A DNA stretch of 64,000 bases, from the NCBI GenBank assembly GCA_937874465.1, contig CALNAX010000016.1:8992-72991 (forward strand). The letters are read 5' to 3'. Position numbers and translations under genes: made by a program. Within the stretch, counting starts at the first letter, position 1; each line of letters opens with the position of its first letter. Positions 35,940 to 45,597 of this stretch are shown piece by piece. The notes below the pieces were generated by a model. The model saw nothing but the letters and a program-made list of their open reading frames with translations, did no database searches and was not told the DNA's origin. This DNA is from an uncultured Bacillales bacterium (GTDB lineage Bacteria; Bacillota_I; Bacilli_A; RFN20; CAG-288).

Positions 35940-37739
35940 TCAATGACGCTTGTGATTGTCGTCATCGTAGAAGGAATCGCTGTCATAGTCATCGAAATTG
36001 TAGTCGCCATCATCGTTTTTCTGCTGATCTTCCTTCTCGATCTCCTTCAATTCCTCGGGAGTGTAGATGGGCATGGCGTTCTTCTCGGCCTCACGCTTGG
36101 CCCTCTCTTCCTCAGTCTCGATCTCCTTCTTGGTCTCCCGGGGCTTCTCCTTATGCCACTTGTTGAAGTAGGGCTTGGCATTGGCCTTGCGCTGACGCTC
36201 CCTTTCGATCTCCTGCTCCAATTCGGACAGGGAGACCTTGGGGGTACCGGCGACGGTGATATGGGCTACAGGCTTTGCGGGAGCGGCCTTTACCGGGGCA
36301 GGTTGAGGTTTGACCTCGATTGGCTTGACCGGTTCGGGCTTGGCCTCGACAGCGGCCTTCTCAAGGGCTACGGGTGAAGCGGCCACGACAGCCGGAGCAG
36401 CAGCCGGAGCGGGCGTTTCGACCTTGGCGGTCTCTGCCGCAGGGGCCTTGGTTTCTTCCAAGGGCTTGTCGGCTTCCGCGGCCACGGGTGCGGGAGCGAC
36501 GGGGGTTGCAGGTTGGGCCTTCAAAGCCTCCTCGTCGGCCTTCTTCTTGGCGAGACGGGCCTGGGCCTCGCTTATTATCTGAGTGGCTGGCACGTAGCTG
36601 ACATGCTGGTTGATGGCTTCGTCGACCTCCATGATCTTTATCTCCTGACCGCAGATCCTTCCGGCCAGGCGGACGTTGCAGCCCTGTCTTCCTACCGCGA
36701 CCTTCTTGTCGTTGTTGAGACAGATGGCGATAAGGGGATCGTCGGGGTTTGCCGGTGCGGCGATTCCGACTATCTTGGCGGGCTTTAAGGCCTCCAAGGG
36801 CAAAAGGGCGGGATCGTCTGGGTAGTTAAGGACATCCACCGTCTCTCGACCGAGTTCGGAAAGCACGGCCCGATAACGCACGGAGTCATTGCCGATCAAT
36901 ACGCCGACCGGATCGATATTGGGGAAAGTGGTGGAGACCATGACCTTGGTGCGCACGCCGGCCTGCCTGGCGATCTTTGCGATCTTGACGGTGCCATCGG
37001 CGACTTCGGGGACCTCTTCCTCGAACAAGGCCTTGACGTATCCTTCGTTGGTGCGGGACACGATTAGGCTGGGACGGCCATCCCTTTCCCCGACACCGAC
37101 CAAGAACACCTTGACCTGTTCACCGGTAGCGAAAACGTCGGTGGGAAGCATCTCCCGCTTGCTCAGGGTGCCAGTGGCCCGGCCGAAGTCCAACTCGACG
37201 CCATTGGCCTGGTCGACCCTGGTGACGGTGCCCAAGATGTTGTGGCCCAGCTTGGTGGCATAGGAATCCAAGAGGATCTGCTTGCCGACCTCCCGCATAC
37301 GTTGATGGAAGTCAGCCACGACCCTCCTGATATAGGCCCTATCCAGCTTGGTGTAGTCTATTTCCTTCTTGTAGATGTCCCCTACCTGGATGTCGGGGAA
37401 ATCCTTCTGGGCCTCCTCCAAAGAGATCTCCAAGAAGTCATCGGTGATGTCATCCTCGTTTTGGACCTTCTTGCAATCATAGATGTGGATGTCGCCCTTG
37501 TCCCAATCGACGCTGATCTGGGCCAGCATATCCTGGGAGTTGGTGGTGGGGAAGCCGTTCTTCAGGCACCACCAATCCTTGTAGGCCTTAAGCAGCGAAT
37601 CTTCCAGCATCTGCTTGACGGTGGATACATCGATCTGCTGTGTTTGGTTGATCTCGACCAGGGCATCGTAGAGACTCTTGACGTCAAACCTCCCGTTGAG
37701 CTTGTCGCTCTCCGGATCCAATATCTTCTTCCTAGGCAT
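35940..37739 (-). CDS. nusA: Transcription termination/antitermination factor NusA with a long low-complexity C-terminal extension
   Basis: Start at MPRKKILD (GGAGG 5 nt upstream). NTD, S1 and KH1-KH2 region (..VAVGRQGCNVRLAGRICGQEIKI), followed by about 225 aa of P/A-rich, K/E-rich and acidic D/Y-rich sequence. Confidence 0.9.
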   Translation of the reverse strand: MPRKKILDPESDKLNGRFDVKSLYDALVEINQTQQIDVSTVKQMLEDSLLKAYKDWWCLKNGFPTTNSQDMLAQISVDWDKGDIHIYDCKKVQNEDDITDDFLEISLEEAQKDFPDIQVGDIYKKEIDYTKLDRAYIRRVVADFHQRMREVGKQILLDSYATKLGHNILGTVTRVDQANGVELDFGRATGTLSKREMLPTDVFATGEQVKVFLVGVGERDGRPSLIVSRTNEGYVKALFEEEVPEVADGTVKIAKIARQAGVRTKVMVSTTFPNIDPVGVLIGNDSVRYRAVLSELGRETVDVLNYPDDPALLPLEALKPAKIVGIAAPANPDDPLIAICLNNDKKVAVGRQGCNVRLAGRICGQEIKIMEVDEAINQHVSYVPATQIISEAQARLAKKKADEEALKAQPATPVAPAPVAAEADKPLEETKAPAAETAKVETPAPAAAPAVVAASPVALEKAAVEAKPEPVKPIEVKPQPAPVKAAPAKPVAHITVAGTPKVSLSELEQEIERERQRKANAKPYFNKWHKEKPRETKKEIETEEERAKREAEKNAMPIYTPEELKEIEKEDQQKNDDGDYNFDDYDSDSFYDDDNHKRH

Positions 37740-37771
37740 ATTTGCCTCCATTACCTCTTTTTGTGTTCCCT

Positions 37772-38233
37772 CTATTTTGCAAGGAAACGGCACTTCACGA
37801 TTTTGTCGACGGGGATGCGATAGATCTTCTTGCGCCCCTTGATGAAGGTTTTCAAGACCAGCGTGAGGCCATCGAAAGAATCGACGGTTCCCTCCACCTT
37901 TTGGTCTTTTTCCAATTGAGCGGTGACCTGTATGTACCTACCCACGACCTTGTCGAGATCCGACTTTGGGAACTCGCGTTCCAAGCCAGGCGAAGCCACA
38001 TCCAAGGTGTAGGGGCTATCCAATTCCGGTATCTCGTCCAGCATAGCCGACAAGGCGTTGGAATAGGTCTCGATTTCATCGATGTCTATCTGGTAATCCT
38101 TGTCGACCAATACTTCCAGGAATTCCGTACCGCCTTCGGTATAGGCCCTTACGCCATAGAGTTGATAGCCTAGGCTGTCTGCAACTTTACGAGCGGCAGC
38201 CTTCGCTTTGCTCAAGGCTTCTTCCTTCATCAA
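37772..38233 (-). CDS. rimP: Ribosome maturation factor RimP
   Basis: 153 aa. LDVASPGLEREF matches the RimP signature (SSPGldRpL). Confidence 0.85.
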   Translation of the reverse strand: MMKEEALSKAKAAARKVADSLGYQLYGVRAYTEGGTEFLEVLVDKDYQIDIDEIETYSNALSAMLDEIPELDSPYTLDVASPGLEREFPKSDLDKVVGRYIQVTAQLEKDQKVEGTVDSFDGLTLVLKTFIKGRKKIYRIPVDKIVKCRFLAK

Positions 38234-38245
38234 CGCCCCTTTCCT

Positions 38246-38277
38246 GAAATAAAGGGCGGACCACCCGGCCCGCCCTA
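38246..38277 (-). terminator. Terminator/attenuator hairpin in the rimP-nusA leader
   Basis: Minus strand: AGGGCGG-gccgggtggt-CCGCCCT followed by TTATTT, ending about 13 nt before the rimP ATG. Confidence 0.5.
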
Positions 38278-38315
38278 AATTTTCGCTTTAGTGCCGTCCC
38301 TTTCGGGACTAATCA

Positions 38316-38344
38316 ATTCTAATACCTTGCAATGATCTTTTCAA
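38316..38344 (-). promoter_or_regulatory. Candidate promoter of the rimP-nusA-infB-rbfA operon
   Basis: Minus strand: TTGAAA - 17 nt - TAGAAT, upstream of a GTCCC-gaaa-GGGAC hairpin and the leader terminator. Confidence 0.45.
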
Positions 38345-38361
38345 TTGAGCGCCACGGAAAA

Positions 38362-40131
38362 TCAGTGGTATTGACTGGTGTAGAGGCGATAGTAGAAGCC
38401 TTTTTTGGCCATCAATTGCTCGTGTGTGCCCAATTCCCCGATCTTCCCGTCCATGACCACGGCGATGGCATCGGAGGAGACGATGGTCTGTAGACGATGG
38501 GCGATGACGATGGTGGTCCGGTTGTTGGAAAGCGTGGCGATGGCTAAGGTGATCTTCTTCTCGCTCACGGGATCCAGGGAAGAGGTCGCCTCATCGAGGA
38601 TTATCATGTTGGGGTTCATGAGCAAAACCCGGGCGATGGAGAGCAATTGCTTCTCGCCTTCCGAAAGGCCGGCCGCGGGTCCGATGGGGGTGTCGTAGCT
38701 TTGGGGCAGACGCTCGATGAAGCCGTCAGCCCCGGCCTTATGGGCCGCTTCCCTCACTTCTTCCAAGCTGGCCCCTTCCTTGCCGTATGAGATGTTCTCC
38801 CTGACCGTGCCATTGAAGATCCAGGTGTCCTGGAGGACCATCCCGAACAGGCCCCTTACTTTGCGGCGGGGCATCCTGGAAGAATCGATCCCACCCAGGA
38901 GTATCTTTCCGCTCCGGGGATCATAGAAGCGCAAGAGGAGGTTTATTAGGGTGGTCTTGCCACAGCCGGTCGGGCCGACGATGGCCACCCTATGGCCGGC
39001 GAATACCGAAAGGCTAAGGCCCTTGAGGACCTTTTGGCTCGGCTCATAGCCAAACTCGACATCCTTGAATTCGATGGTCTTCAGGTCGAGGGGGACAGGC
39101 GTGGTCAGCTTGGCATCCTCCTCCCTTTCGTCGGTGAGGGCCAAAAGGGTCTCGATGCGCCTGAGGGACGCCATGGCGTTTTGGATCTCGGTCGCCACCG
39201 AGCTTATCTGGTTGAAAGGCTTGGCGAACTTCAGGGCATAGACCAGAAAGGTCGTCAGGTCGCCTACGGCCAAAGACGCCCCGATATCGGAGAGCCTGTC
39301 GCTGAAGACTATCATCACGACGCCCGAAAGCCCGACCGTGAAATAGACGATGTTGTTTACCAAGCGGGTGGAGGGGTTGGTCCAGGAGGAACTGAACTGG
39401 GCCCTTTGGCCATCTTTGTACAGATGTTGGTTTATGGCCTCGAACTTGGCCAGGGATTCCCCTCCCATCCTGAAAGCCCTGACGGCGCGGTAGTTCTTGA
39501 CCCGCTCCAAAGTGAAGCCGGCCAGTTCGCCTTGGGTATGGGCCTGGTTGGCGAAGAAGCGATGGGACCTATTGGACACGGCCTTGGCGATGAAGAACGA
39601 CAGCGGGGTGAGGAACAAGACTATCGCACCCAAGAGCCAGTTGACCTGGAACATGAACGCGATGGTGAAGATCACGGTCAGGATCCCTTCTAGAAGTTCC
39701 TTGAAGATGGCGGTGATGCCGGTCATCACGTTCTCGGTATCGACCGTGGCCAAGGAGAGCATGTCGCCATGGGAACGGTTGTCGATGTATTTGATCGGAA
39801 GGTAGGTCAGCTTCTCGAAGACCTCGTCCCTGATGTCCTTGACGGCCCTTTGCGACACCAGGTTTGCGAACCACTCGAAGGCGTATTCACCGATTCCCGA
39901 GACCACGGTCAGGCCGATCATCAGATAGATGTAGACGTCGAAGCGGTCGCGATAGGAGGACAGATCCCCCTCCGGTATGACCCCGCCCAAGGCCACGTCT
40001 ATGGCCTTTCCCATGTAGATCGGTATCAAGAGCATGGTGCCCACGTAAATGAGGGCCAGGAGCAATACCATGGCGACAAGGCCCTTTTCCTTGTGGAGGA
40101 TGGGCCTGAATTCGGACAGGGAACGGCTCAT
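38362..40131 (-). CDS. ABC exporter, fused permease/ATPase subunit (second pair, downstream partner)
   Basis: Start at MSRSLSEFRPILHKEKG with ATGA overlap to the upstream partner. Walker A GPTGCGKTT, signature LSEGEKQL, Walker B MIILDEATSSLD. The ORF-track N-terminal 125 aa lie inside the upstream gene. Confidence 0.9.
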   Translation of the reverse strand: MSRSLSEFRPILHKEKGLVAMVLLLALIYVGTMLLIPIYMGKAIDVALGGVIPEGDLSSYRDRFDVYIYLMIGLTVVSGIGEYAFEWFANLVSQRAVKDIRDEVFEKLTYLPIKYIDNRSHGDMLSLATVDTENVMTGITAIFKELLEGILTVIFTIAFMFQVNWLLGAIVLFLTPLSFFIAKAVSNRSHRFFANQAHTQGELAGFTLERVKNYRAVRAFRMGGESLAKFEAINQHLYKDGQRAQFSSSWTNPSTRLVNNIVYFTVGLSGVVMIVFSDRLSDIGASLAVGDLTTFLVYALKFAKPFNQISSVATEIQNAMASLRRIETLLALTDEREEDAKLTTPVPLDLKTIEFKDVEFGYEPSQKVLKGLSLSVFAGHRVAIVGPTGCGKTTLINLLLRFYDPRSGKILLGGIDSSRMPRRKVRGLFGMVLQDTWIFNGTVRENISYGKEGASLEEVREAAHKAGADGFIERLPQSYDTPIGPAAGLSEGEKQLLSIARVLLMNPNMIILDEATSSLDPVSEKKITLAIATLSNNRTTIVIAHRLQTIVSSDAIAVVMDGKIGELGTHEQLMAKKGFYYRLYTSQYH

Positions 40132-41945
40132 TGCGTCACCCCCTTTTGCAGGTTCCAGATATCGGTGAAGACCTTGGACTTGCCAATCAGCTGGTCCATC
40201 CTGCCGATGGATTCGATCCTGCAGTTGTCCAGGACTATTATCTGATCCGCGCCCATGAGGGAAGAGACGCGCTCCGATACTACTATCTGGGTCAGGCCGT
40301 TGCCCAAAGACATGAGGTTGGCGCGAAGCTTTTGCTCCGAAAGATAGTCCAGGGCCGAGAAGGAGTTGTCCAAGATCAGGGTCTCTGGCTTCTTTACCAA
40401 GGCCATGGCGATGGCCAAGCGTTGCCTTTGACCTCCCGAGACGTCCTTTGCGCCTTCGTCGATCATCCTGTCCAGGCCTTTCGGGTCCTTTTCGATGAAA
40501 TCGCAAAGGGCCAAATCCAAAGCCTTATGCATGTCGCTCTCGCTGGCGTGGGGATTTGAGGCCAACAGGTTTTCCCTTACGCTCCCTTTGAACACTACCG
40601 GCCTTTGGGGCACATAGCCTATTTCCCCATAAAGGCTGTCCAGGTCGTAGTCCTCAATGTCATGTCCCTTGTAGAGGATTTCGCCCTTGCTACGGTCATA
40701 GAAACGCAAAAGGAGGTTCAAAAGGGTTGTCTTTCCCGCCCCGGTACCTCCGATCACCCCTATCTTTTGGCCCTTCCTTATCGAGATGTTTATGTCCGCC
40801 AGGGAAGGCACATCCGAACCCGGATAGCAAAAGGATACGGCCCTCAGGCTGTAGAGCGTTTCGCCTTCGGCGATGGCCAGGGCCCTTACCTTTGCCGTAT
40901 TGGCCAAGGAGGGCTTGACGGCCAAGACCTTGTCGATCCTGGTCATCGATGAGTAGGACTTGGTGAAGATGACTACCAGGTTGGTCAAGACCAAGATGGC
41001 TTGAAGGATCTGGTTGAGGTAGTTTACCAAGACGACTATCTTGCCGTTTTGCTGGGCGATGACTTCCGATGTCAGCTCGCTGCCCTCGGTAACGAAGCCC
41101 CGCCAGCCGGCGAAAAGCACCACCAAGATGGTCACGGCATTTATGGCAAAGGTCGTGACTGGGCTCAAAAGCGAAGTGATGTTCGCAATCCGCATCGACT
41201 CATCGGAGTAGCCTTTGGAATATTCCTTGAAGCCTTTGACCTCGTGCTCTTCCTTGTCGAAGGCCCTTACGACCCTGGCCCCCGCAAGGCTGTCATCGGT
41301 CTTTTGCGACAACTTGTCCAGTTTGCGCTGCACCCTTAGATAGCCCCTGGAAGTCTCGGGCATCAGAAGGGCCAAAAAGATCGAGAGGAACACGGCCAAG
41401 GCCAAAAAGATGAGACCTATTTCCCAATCGATTATCAGGGAAGCGACCAGGGCCCCGATCACCAGGAATGGAGCCCTGACCGCCAAGCGGATGAGCATCG
41501 CCACGCCTTGCTGGGCCTGGTTGGTATCGTTGGTGACCACGTTTATGGCATTGCCGATCCCTATGTCATCTAGGTCGGCCGCCGAAAGGTTCTGGATTTG
41601 GCCATAGAGTCTGTTGCGCAAGTCGGTCCCGGTCCCCTGGGAAGCCACGGAAGCCATGTACTGGCAAACGATGGTCGAGGAGAAGCCGAATATCGTCATG
41701 GCCAAAATCAAGCAGCCATACAGGGCTATGACATTCCAATCCGCTCCGCTAGGATAGCCGGTTGCCGAATCGTAGATTATGCCCTTGGTTATAATGGTTT
41801 GCATCAATATCGGGGTTATGAGGTCGAATACCGCTTCGAACATCTTGAAAAAGGGGCCGAGGAAGAAGAACTTCCGATATTTGCGCGCCGAATCCCAAGC
41901 CACGCCGGCATAGGGCCTTGCTGCAGTCGCTGCCTTCTTGCTCAT
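40128..41945 (-). CDS. ABC exporter, fused permease/ATPase subunit (second pair, upstream partner)
   Basis: 605 aa. Walker A GGTGAGKTT, signature VSGGQRQR, Walker B TLILDNSFSALD. Confidence 0.9.
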   Translation of the reverse strand: MSKKAATAARPYAGVAWDSARKYRKFFFLGPFFKMFEAVFDLITPILMQTIITKGIIYDSATGYPSGADWNVIALYGCLILAMTIFGFSSTIVCQYMASVASQGTGTDLRNRLYGQIQNLSAADLDDIGIGNAINVVTNDTNQAQQGVAMLIRLAVRAPFLVIGALVASLIIDWEIGLIFLALAVFLSIFLALLMPETSRGYLRVQRKLDKLSQKTDDSLAGARVVRAFDKEEHEVKGFKEYSKGYSDESMRIANITSLLSPVTTFAINAVTILVVLFAGWRGFVTEGSELTSEVIAQQNGKIVVLVNYLNQILQAILVLTNLVVIFTKSYSSMTRIDKVLAVKPSLANTAKVRALAIAEGETLYSLRAVSFCYPGSDVPSLADINISIRKGQKIGVIGGTGAGKTTLLNLLLRFYDRSKGEILYKGHDIEDYDLDSLYGEIGYVPQRPVVFKGSVRENLLASNPHASESDMHKALDLALCDFIEKDPKGLDRMIDEGAKDVSGGQRQRLAIAMALVKKPETLILDNSFSALDYLSEQKLRANLMSLGNGLTQIVVSERVSSLMGADQIIVLDNCRIESIGRMDQLIGKSKVFTDIWNLQKGVTQ

Positions 41946-41958
41946 GTGGCCCTTAACC

Positions 41959-42336
41959 CTAACGGCCTTGACGCAACTGGGTTACTCTCTTGCTAAGGGT
42001 ATCCGCGGTCAGATTGCCTTCGTTATAGGCCTGAAGGTAAAGCTTTACGGCATCTAGGTAGGGTGAGCCGGTACCGACCTGCTCGAATTCATCCTGGGTC
42101 GGGGCCCCTTTGTCGTCCAACTTGGTAGCCAGGGCCAGAACCTCGTCGCTTCCCTGCTCCACGAAGACGTAGGCGGCGTTCATGACCGGGTCGACGGCGG
42201 AAAAGACCACCTTCAACTTAAGGCGTTTGCCATCGTTTGTCTCGACTTCCAGATATTGTTCCTTCTCCTTCTCGCCGGGGGCATCCAGATTCAAACCCGG
42301 ATCCTGATCGAAAGCAGCTGTTTCCTTTTCGGCCAT
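41959..42336 (-). CDS. DUF1292 family protein (YrzB-like)
   Basis: 125 aa, acidic. Core YLEVETNDGKRLKLKVVFSAVDPVMNAAYVFVEQG fits the DUF1292 pattern. Its position after ruvX matches the Bacillus arrangement. Confidence 0.7.
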   Translation of the reverse strand: MAEKETAAFDQDPGLNLDAPGEKEKEQYLEVETNDGKRLKLKVVFSAVDPVMNAAYVFVEQGSDEVLALATKLDDKGAPTQDEFEQVGTGSPYLDAVKLYLQAYNEGNLTADTLSKRVTQLRQGR

Positions 42337-42415
42337 CTTTATTACTCCTTGGACATATTCATATGCCTATTATGCGACTTGGAAAAACAAATGCCAAAGG
42401 AGATAACCTAGAGGC

Positions 42416-42868
42416 TCACCAAACGTCATAGCCCTTATTCCTGAGCCATCTCTCCAGGATGACCTTGCTGGCCTGTTCGTCTATTATGGGCTTTTGCCTC
42501 TTGGCGTTCATGTTGAGGGAATGGAGGTCCTTGGCGGCATCCAGAGTCGAGTCCCGCTCATCCTGGAATTCTATCGCCACCGACTTGAAGCCGGCCTGGT
42601 CCAAGGCCTCCCTTAGCTTCTTGGCAAAGTCCACGGCCACGAAGGTCATCTGTGTCGGGTCGCCGGAAGGATACGCCGGCTTGCCCAAGACCACTATCGC
42701 TATCCTCTCGTCCTTAACGTATCCCAACACCTTTCCGATGGCATAGTCGAACTTGCCATTGTGGAAATGCAGATTGACCAAACCGGTGGCCAGATGGCCC
42801 GAGCGGGAGACGGAGATACCCAAAGTGGTTAGACCGAGATCCAGACCCAAAACCGGTTCGAAGGCCAT
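42416..42868 (-). CDS. ruvX: Putative pre-16S rRNA nuclease / Holliday junction resolvase-like YqgF
   Basis: 150 aa. N-terminal LGLDLGLTTLGISVS (RNase H-like fold). Starts directly adjacent to the alaS stop. Confidence 0.85.
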   Translation of the reverse strand: MAFEPVLGLDLGLTTLGISVSRSGHLATGLVNLHFHNGKFDYAIGKVLGYVKDERIAIVVLGKPAYPSGDPTQMTFVAVDFAKKLREALDQAGFKSVAIEFQDERDSTLDAAKDLHSLNMNAKRQKPIIDEQASKVILERWLRNKGYDVW

Positions 42869-45493
42869 TTACTTGACAAGGCCCTCCAAAGCGGCTTGGA
42901 CCTTGGCCATGTCAGCGACGTTCTTCCCGGCCCCGAAGGCCAGGTTGGGCCTTCCGCCACCATTACCGCCGAATAGAGGGGCCAAAGCCTTTATTACCGC
43001 CCCGGCCTTATAGCCCTTCTTGAGGCCATCGCTCCCGATTGAGCAGCCGAGGTCTATCCTTGCGCCATTGACGGACGCGATGAAGTTCACGGAGAGCGGG
43101 TTCGCGTTGGCGAGATTGGCGAGAAGGTCGTTGAGCTGTGAATGATCCAGTCCATCGCTCCTGATGGCCAAATACTTGATGTCGCCCTTCGCCTTGTACT
43201 GGCTGGCCAATTCCTTCTGCAAGGAAGCGGCATATTTCGCCTTGAGTTCCTTTACTTCCTTGTTCGTATTCTCGTTTTCGCTAGCGAGAGCCTTGATCTT
43301 GGGCTCCAAGTCCTTGCTGGAGGTAAGGCCGAGATCGTCAGCCAACCTATCCGACAGTTTCTGGCTGTCCTTCAGGAATTCGTAGGCATCCTTGCCGGTG
43401 AGGGCCACTATGCGGCGGACGCCGGCCGAGATAGCCTGCTCCGAAACGATGGCGAAGACATTTATATCCTCGGTGTTTGAGACATGGGTTCCGCCGCAGA
43501 ACTCCTCGGCGTTGCCCATCTTAACGACCCTGACGGTCGCCCCATACTTGGACGCGAACTGATGGTAGGCTGGAAGCTTTAGGGCCTCTTCCTTGTCCAT
43601 GTAGCGGATCTCGCAGGGTTGGGCTTGCTCGATCCTCTCGTTGACGTTTTCCTCAATAAGGTCGATTTCGTCCTTGGTCAGCTTACGGTCGAAACCGAAA
43701 TCGAGACGGCAGATATGGGGGCCTACCAAAGAACCTTCCTGGGGTATGGGAAGCTTGCCATCGGTAAGGACATCCGACAGGGCCTGGTGAAGCAGATGGC
43801 AGGCGGAGTGATTCTTGCGAGTGAGCTTGCGGGTGGCGAAATCGGGCTTCAAGGTGAAGACATCGCCCATCTTTATTGCGCCATACTCAACCTTAACGTA
43901 ATGAAGGTTTTGCTTATTGGGGGCATGCTGGCAGTCCAAGACCTCGGCTTCGGTAGAGTCGTTCTCGATCATTCCCTTGTCGGCCACCTGTCCGCCCTGC
44001 TCGGCGTAGAAGTTTGTCGTATCGAAGGCGACCTGACCCTCATCGTCGATGCTGGCGACCTTGACGCCATCCTTGAACAGGCCGATTACCTTGGCCTGTA
44101 TGACCTTGTCGTCATAGATGAACTTCGAGGGAGTCACGAATTCCATGAGATCCTTGAACTGGGACCCATAGGTCACTATCCCTTCCTTCTCACGGGCCTT
44201 GCGGGCACGCTCTTTCTGCTCATTCAAAAGCTTCCCGTAGCCCTTCTCGTCGACTTTCTTGCCCTCGTCGGCAGCGACTTCCTTTGTCAGCTCAAAGGGA
44301 AAGCCATAAGTATCGGAAAGCTTGAAGGCATCCGCGGCGGAGAGGGTGTCGCCATCCTTGTCCAGATACTGCTCCAAAAGTTTCTCTCCGACCGCCAGGG
44401 TCTTGGCGAAACGTTCCTCTTCGGCCGCTATCTCGCGGGTGACCTTCTCTTCCTTTTCCTTCAAGTACGGATAGAAGTGATCGTTGGTCTGGACGATGTA
44501 TGGCACTAGTCTTGCGACGGTGTTGGATTCCAAGCCCAAGGTCTTGGCGAAACGATCCGCCCGTCTGAGGATCCTTCTTAGGACATAGCCCCTTCCCTCA
44601 TTAGAGAACAGGCAGCCGTCAGCCAAGGCGAAGACCAAACAGCGGGTATGGTCGGCCACGACGCGGTAGGCCATCTTGTATTTCCCTTCGTAAGGCTTGC
44701 CGGAGGCCTTCTCCAAGGCTTCGATGATCGGCTTGAAAGTGTCGATCTCGAAGTTTGACTCGGTGCCCTGCATGATGCAGGCCAAACGCTCCAGGGACGC
44801 ACCGGTATCGATGTTCTTGTGCGGTAGTTCAGGATAATCCTCGCGCTTCAATCCGGGCTTGGCATTGTACTGGGAGAAGACGATGTTCCACATCTCGATG
44901 TAACGGTCGTTCTCGATGTCGTCGGTCAAAAGCCTTACGCCGACGTTCTTGGGATCATATTCGTTTCCCCGATCGAAATAAATTTCGGTGTCGGGACCGC
45001 AGGGACCCTCGCCGATCTCCCAGAAGTTGTCCTCCAAGGGGATCAGATGGTCGTCCGGCATGCCGCATTTGATCCAAAGGCTCTTGGTATCCAGGTCATC
45101 GGGATAATAAGTGACATAAAGCTTCTCGACCGGGAAGCCAAACCATTTGGATGAGGTGAGGAGCTCGAAGGCCCAGGGTATGACTTCGGTGCGGAAATAA
45201 TCGCCGATGGAGAAATTGCCAAGCATCTCGAAGAAAGTGTGATGCCTGTCAGTGCGGCCGACATTCTCTATGTCGTTGGTCCTGATTGATTTCTGGGCGT
45301 TGGTTATACGGCGATGGGGTGGGGTTACGCTGCCGTCGAAGTACTTCTTCAAAGCCGCGACGCCGGCATTTATGAACAATAGCGAGGGATCGTTATCGGG
45401 AATCAAGGATGCCGAGGGCTCGATGTAATGTCCGTGCTCCTTGAAGAATTCCAGCCACATATCGCGTATCTGGTCGACAGTCATGTACTTCAT
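42869..45493 (-). CDS. alaS: Alanine--tRNA ligase
   Basis: Start at MKYMTVDQIRDMWLEFFKEHGH (GGGAG 8 nt upstream). Class II core, editing domain HSACHLLH, C-terminal DHHA1-like domain. Confidence 0.95.
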   Translation of the reverse strand: MKYMTVDQIRDMWLEFFKEHGHYIEPSASLIPDNDPSLLFINAGVAALKKYFDGSVTPPHRRITNAQKSIRTNDIENVGRTDRHHTFFEMLGNFSIGDYFRTEVIPWAFELLTSSKWFGFPVEKLYVTYYPDDLDTKSLWIKCGMPDDHLIPLEDNFWEIGEGPCGPDTEIYFDRGNEYDPKNVGVRLLTDDIENDRYIEMWNIVFSQYNAKPGLKREDYPELPHKNIDTGASLERLACIMQGTESNFEIDTFKPIIEALEKASGKPYEGKYKMAYRVVADHTRCLVFALADGCLFSNEGRGYVLRRILRRADRFAKTLGLESNTVARLVPYIVQTNDHFYPYLKEKEEKVTREIAAEEERFAKTLAVGEKLLEQYLDKDGDTLSAADAFKLSDTYGFPFELTKEVAADEGKKVDEKGYGKLLNEQKERARKAREKEGIVTYGSQFKDLMEFVTPSKFIYDDKVIQAKVIGLFKDGVKVASIDDEGQVAFDTTNFYAEQGGQVADKGMIENDSTEAEVLDCQHAPNKQNLHYVKVEYGAIKMGDVFTLKPDFATRKLTRKNHSACHLLHQALSDVLTDGKLPIPQEGSLVGPHICRLDFGFDRKLTKDEIDLIEENVNERIEQAQPCEIRYMDKEEALKLPAYHQFASKYGATVRVVKMGNAEEFCGGTHVSNTEDINVFAIVSEQAISAGVRRIVALTGKDAYEFLKDSQKLSDRLADDLGLTSSKDLEPKIKALASENENTNKEVKELKAKYAASLQKELASQYKAKGDIKYLAIRSDGLDHSQLNDLLANLANANPLSVNFIASVNGARIDLGCSIGSDGLKKGYKAGAVIKALAPLFGGNGGGRPNLAFGAGKNVADMAKVQAALEGLVK

Positions 45494-45597
45494 TTTGTCT
45501 TCTCCCAAGTGATTTGTCCTTTGGACAAAGCCTAAATATTATAAATATTACCGATATTAGGTGCTACAGAAACAAATCATCGGGCTTTGGCCGTGTC

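Noticed and set aside
38362-40506. The ORF-track version of the ABC exporter gene, with a 125-aa Arg/Gly-rich N-terminal extension.
   Set aside because: The extension lies inside the upstream exporter gene in another frame. The ATG at 40131 gives a normal exporter N-terminus and an ATGA coupling overlap.
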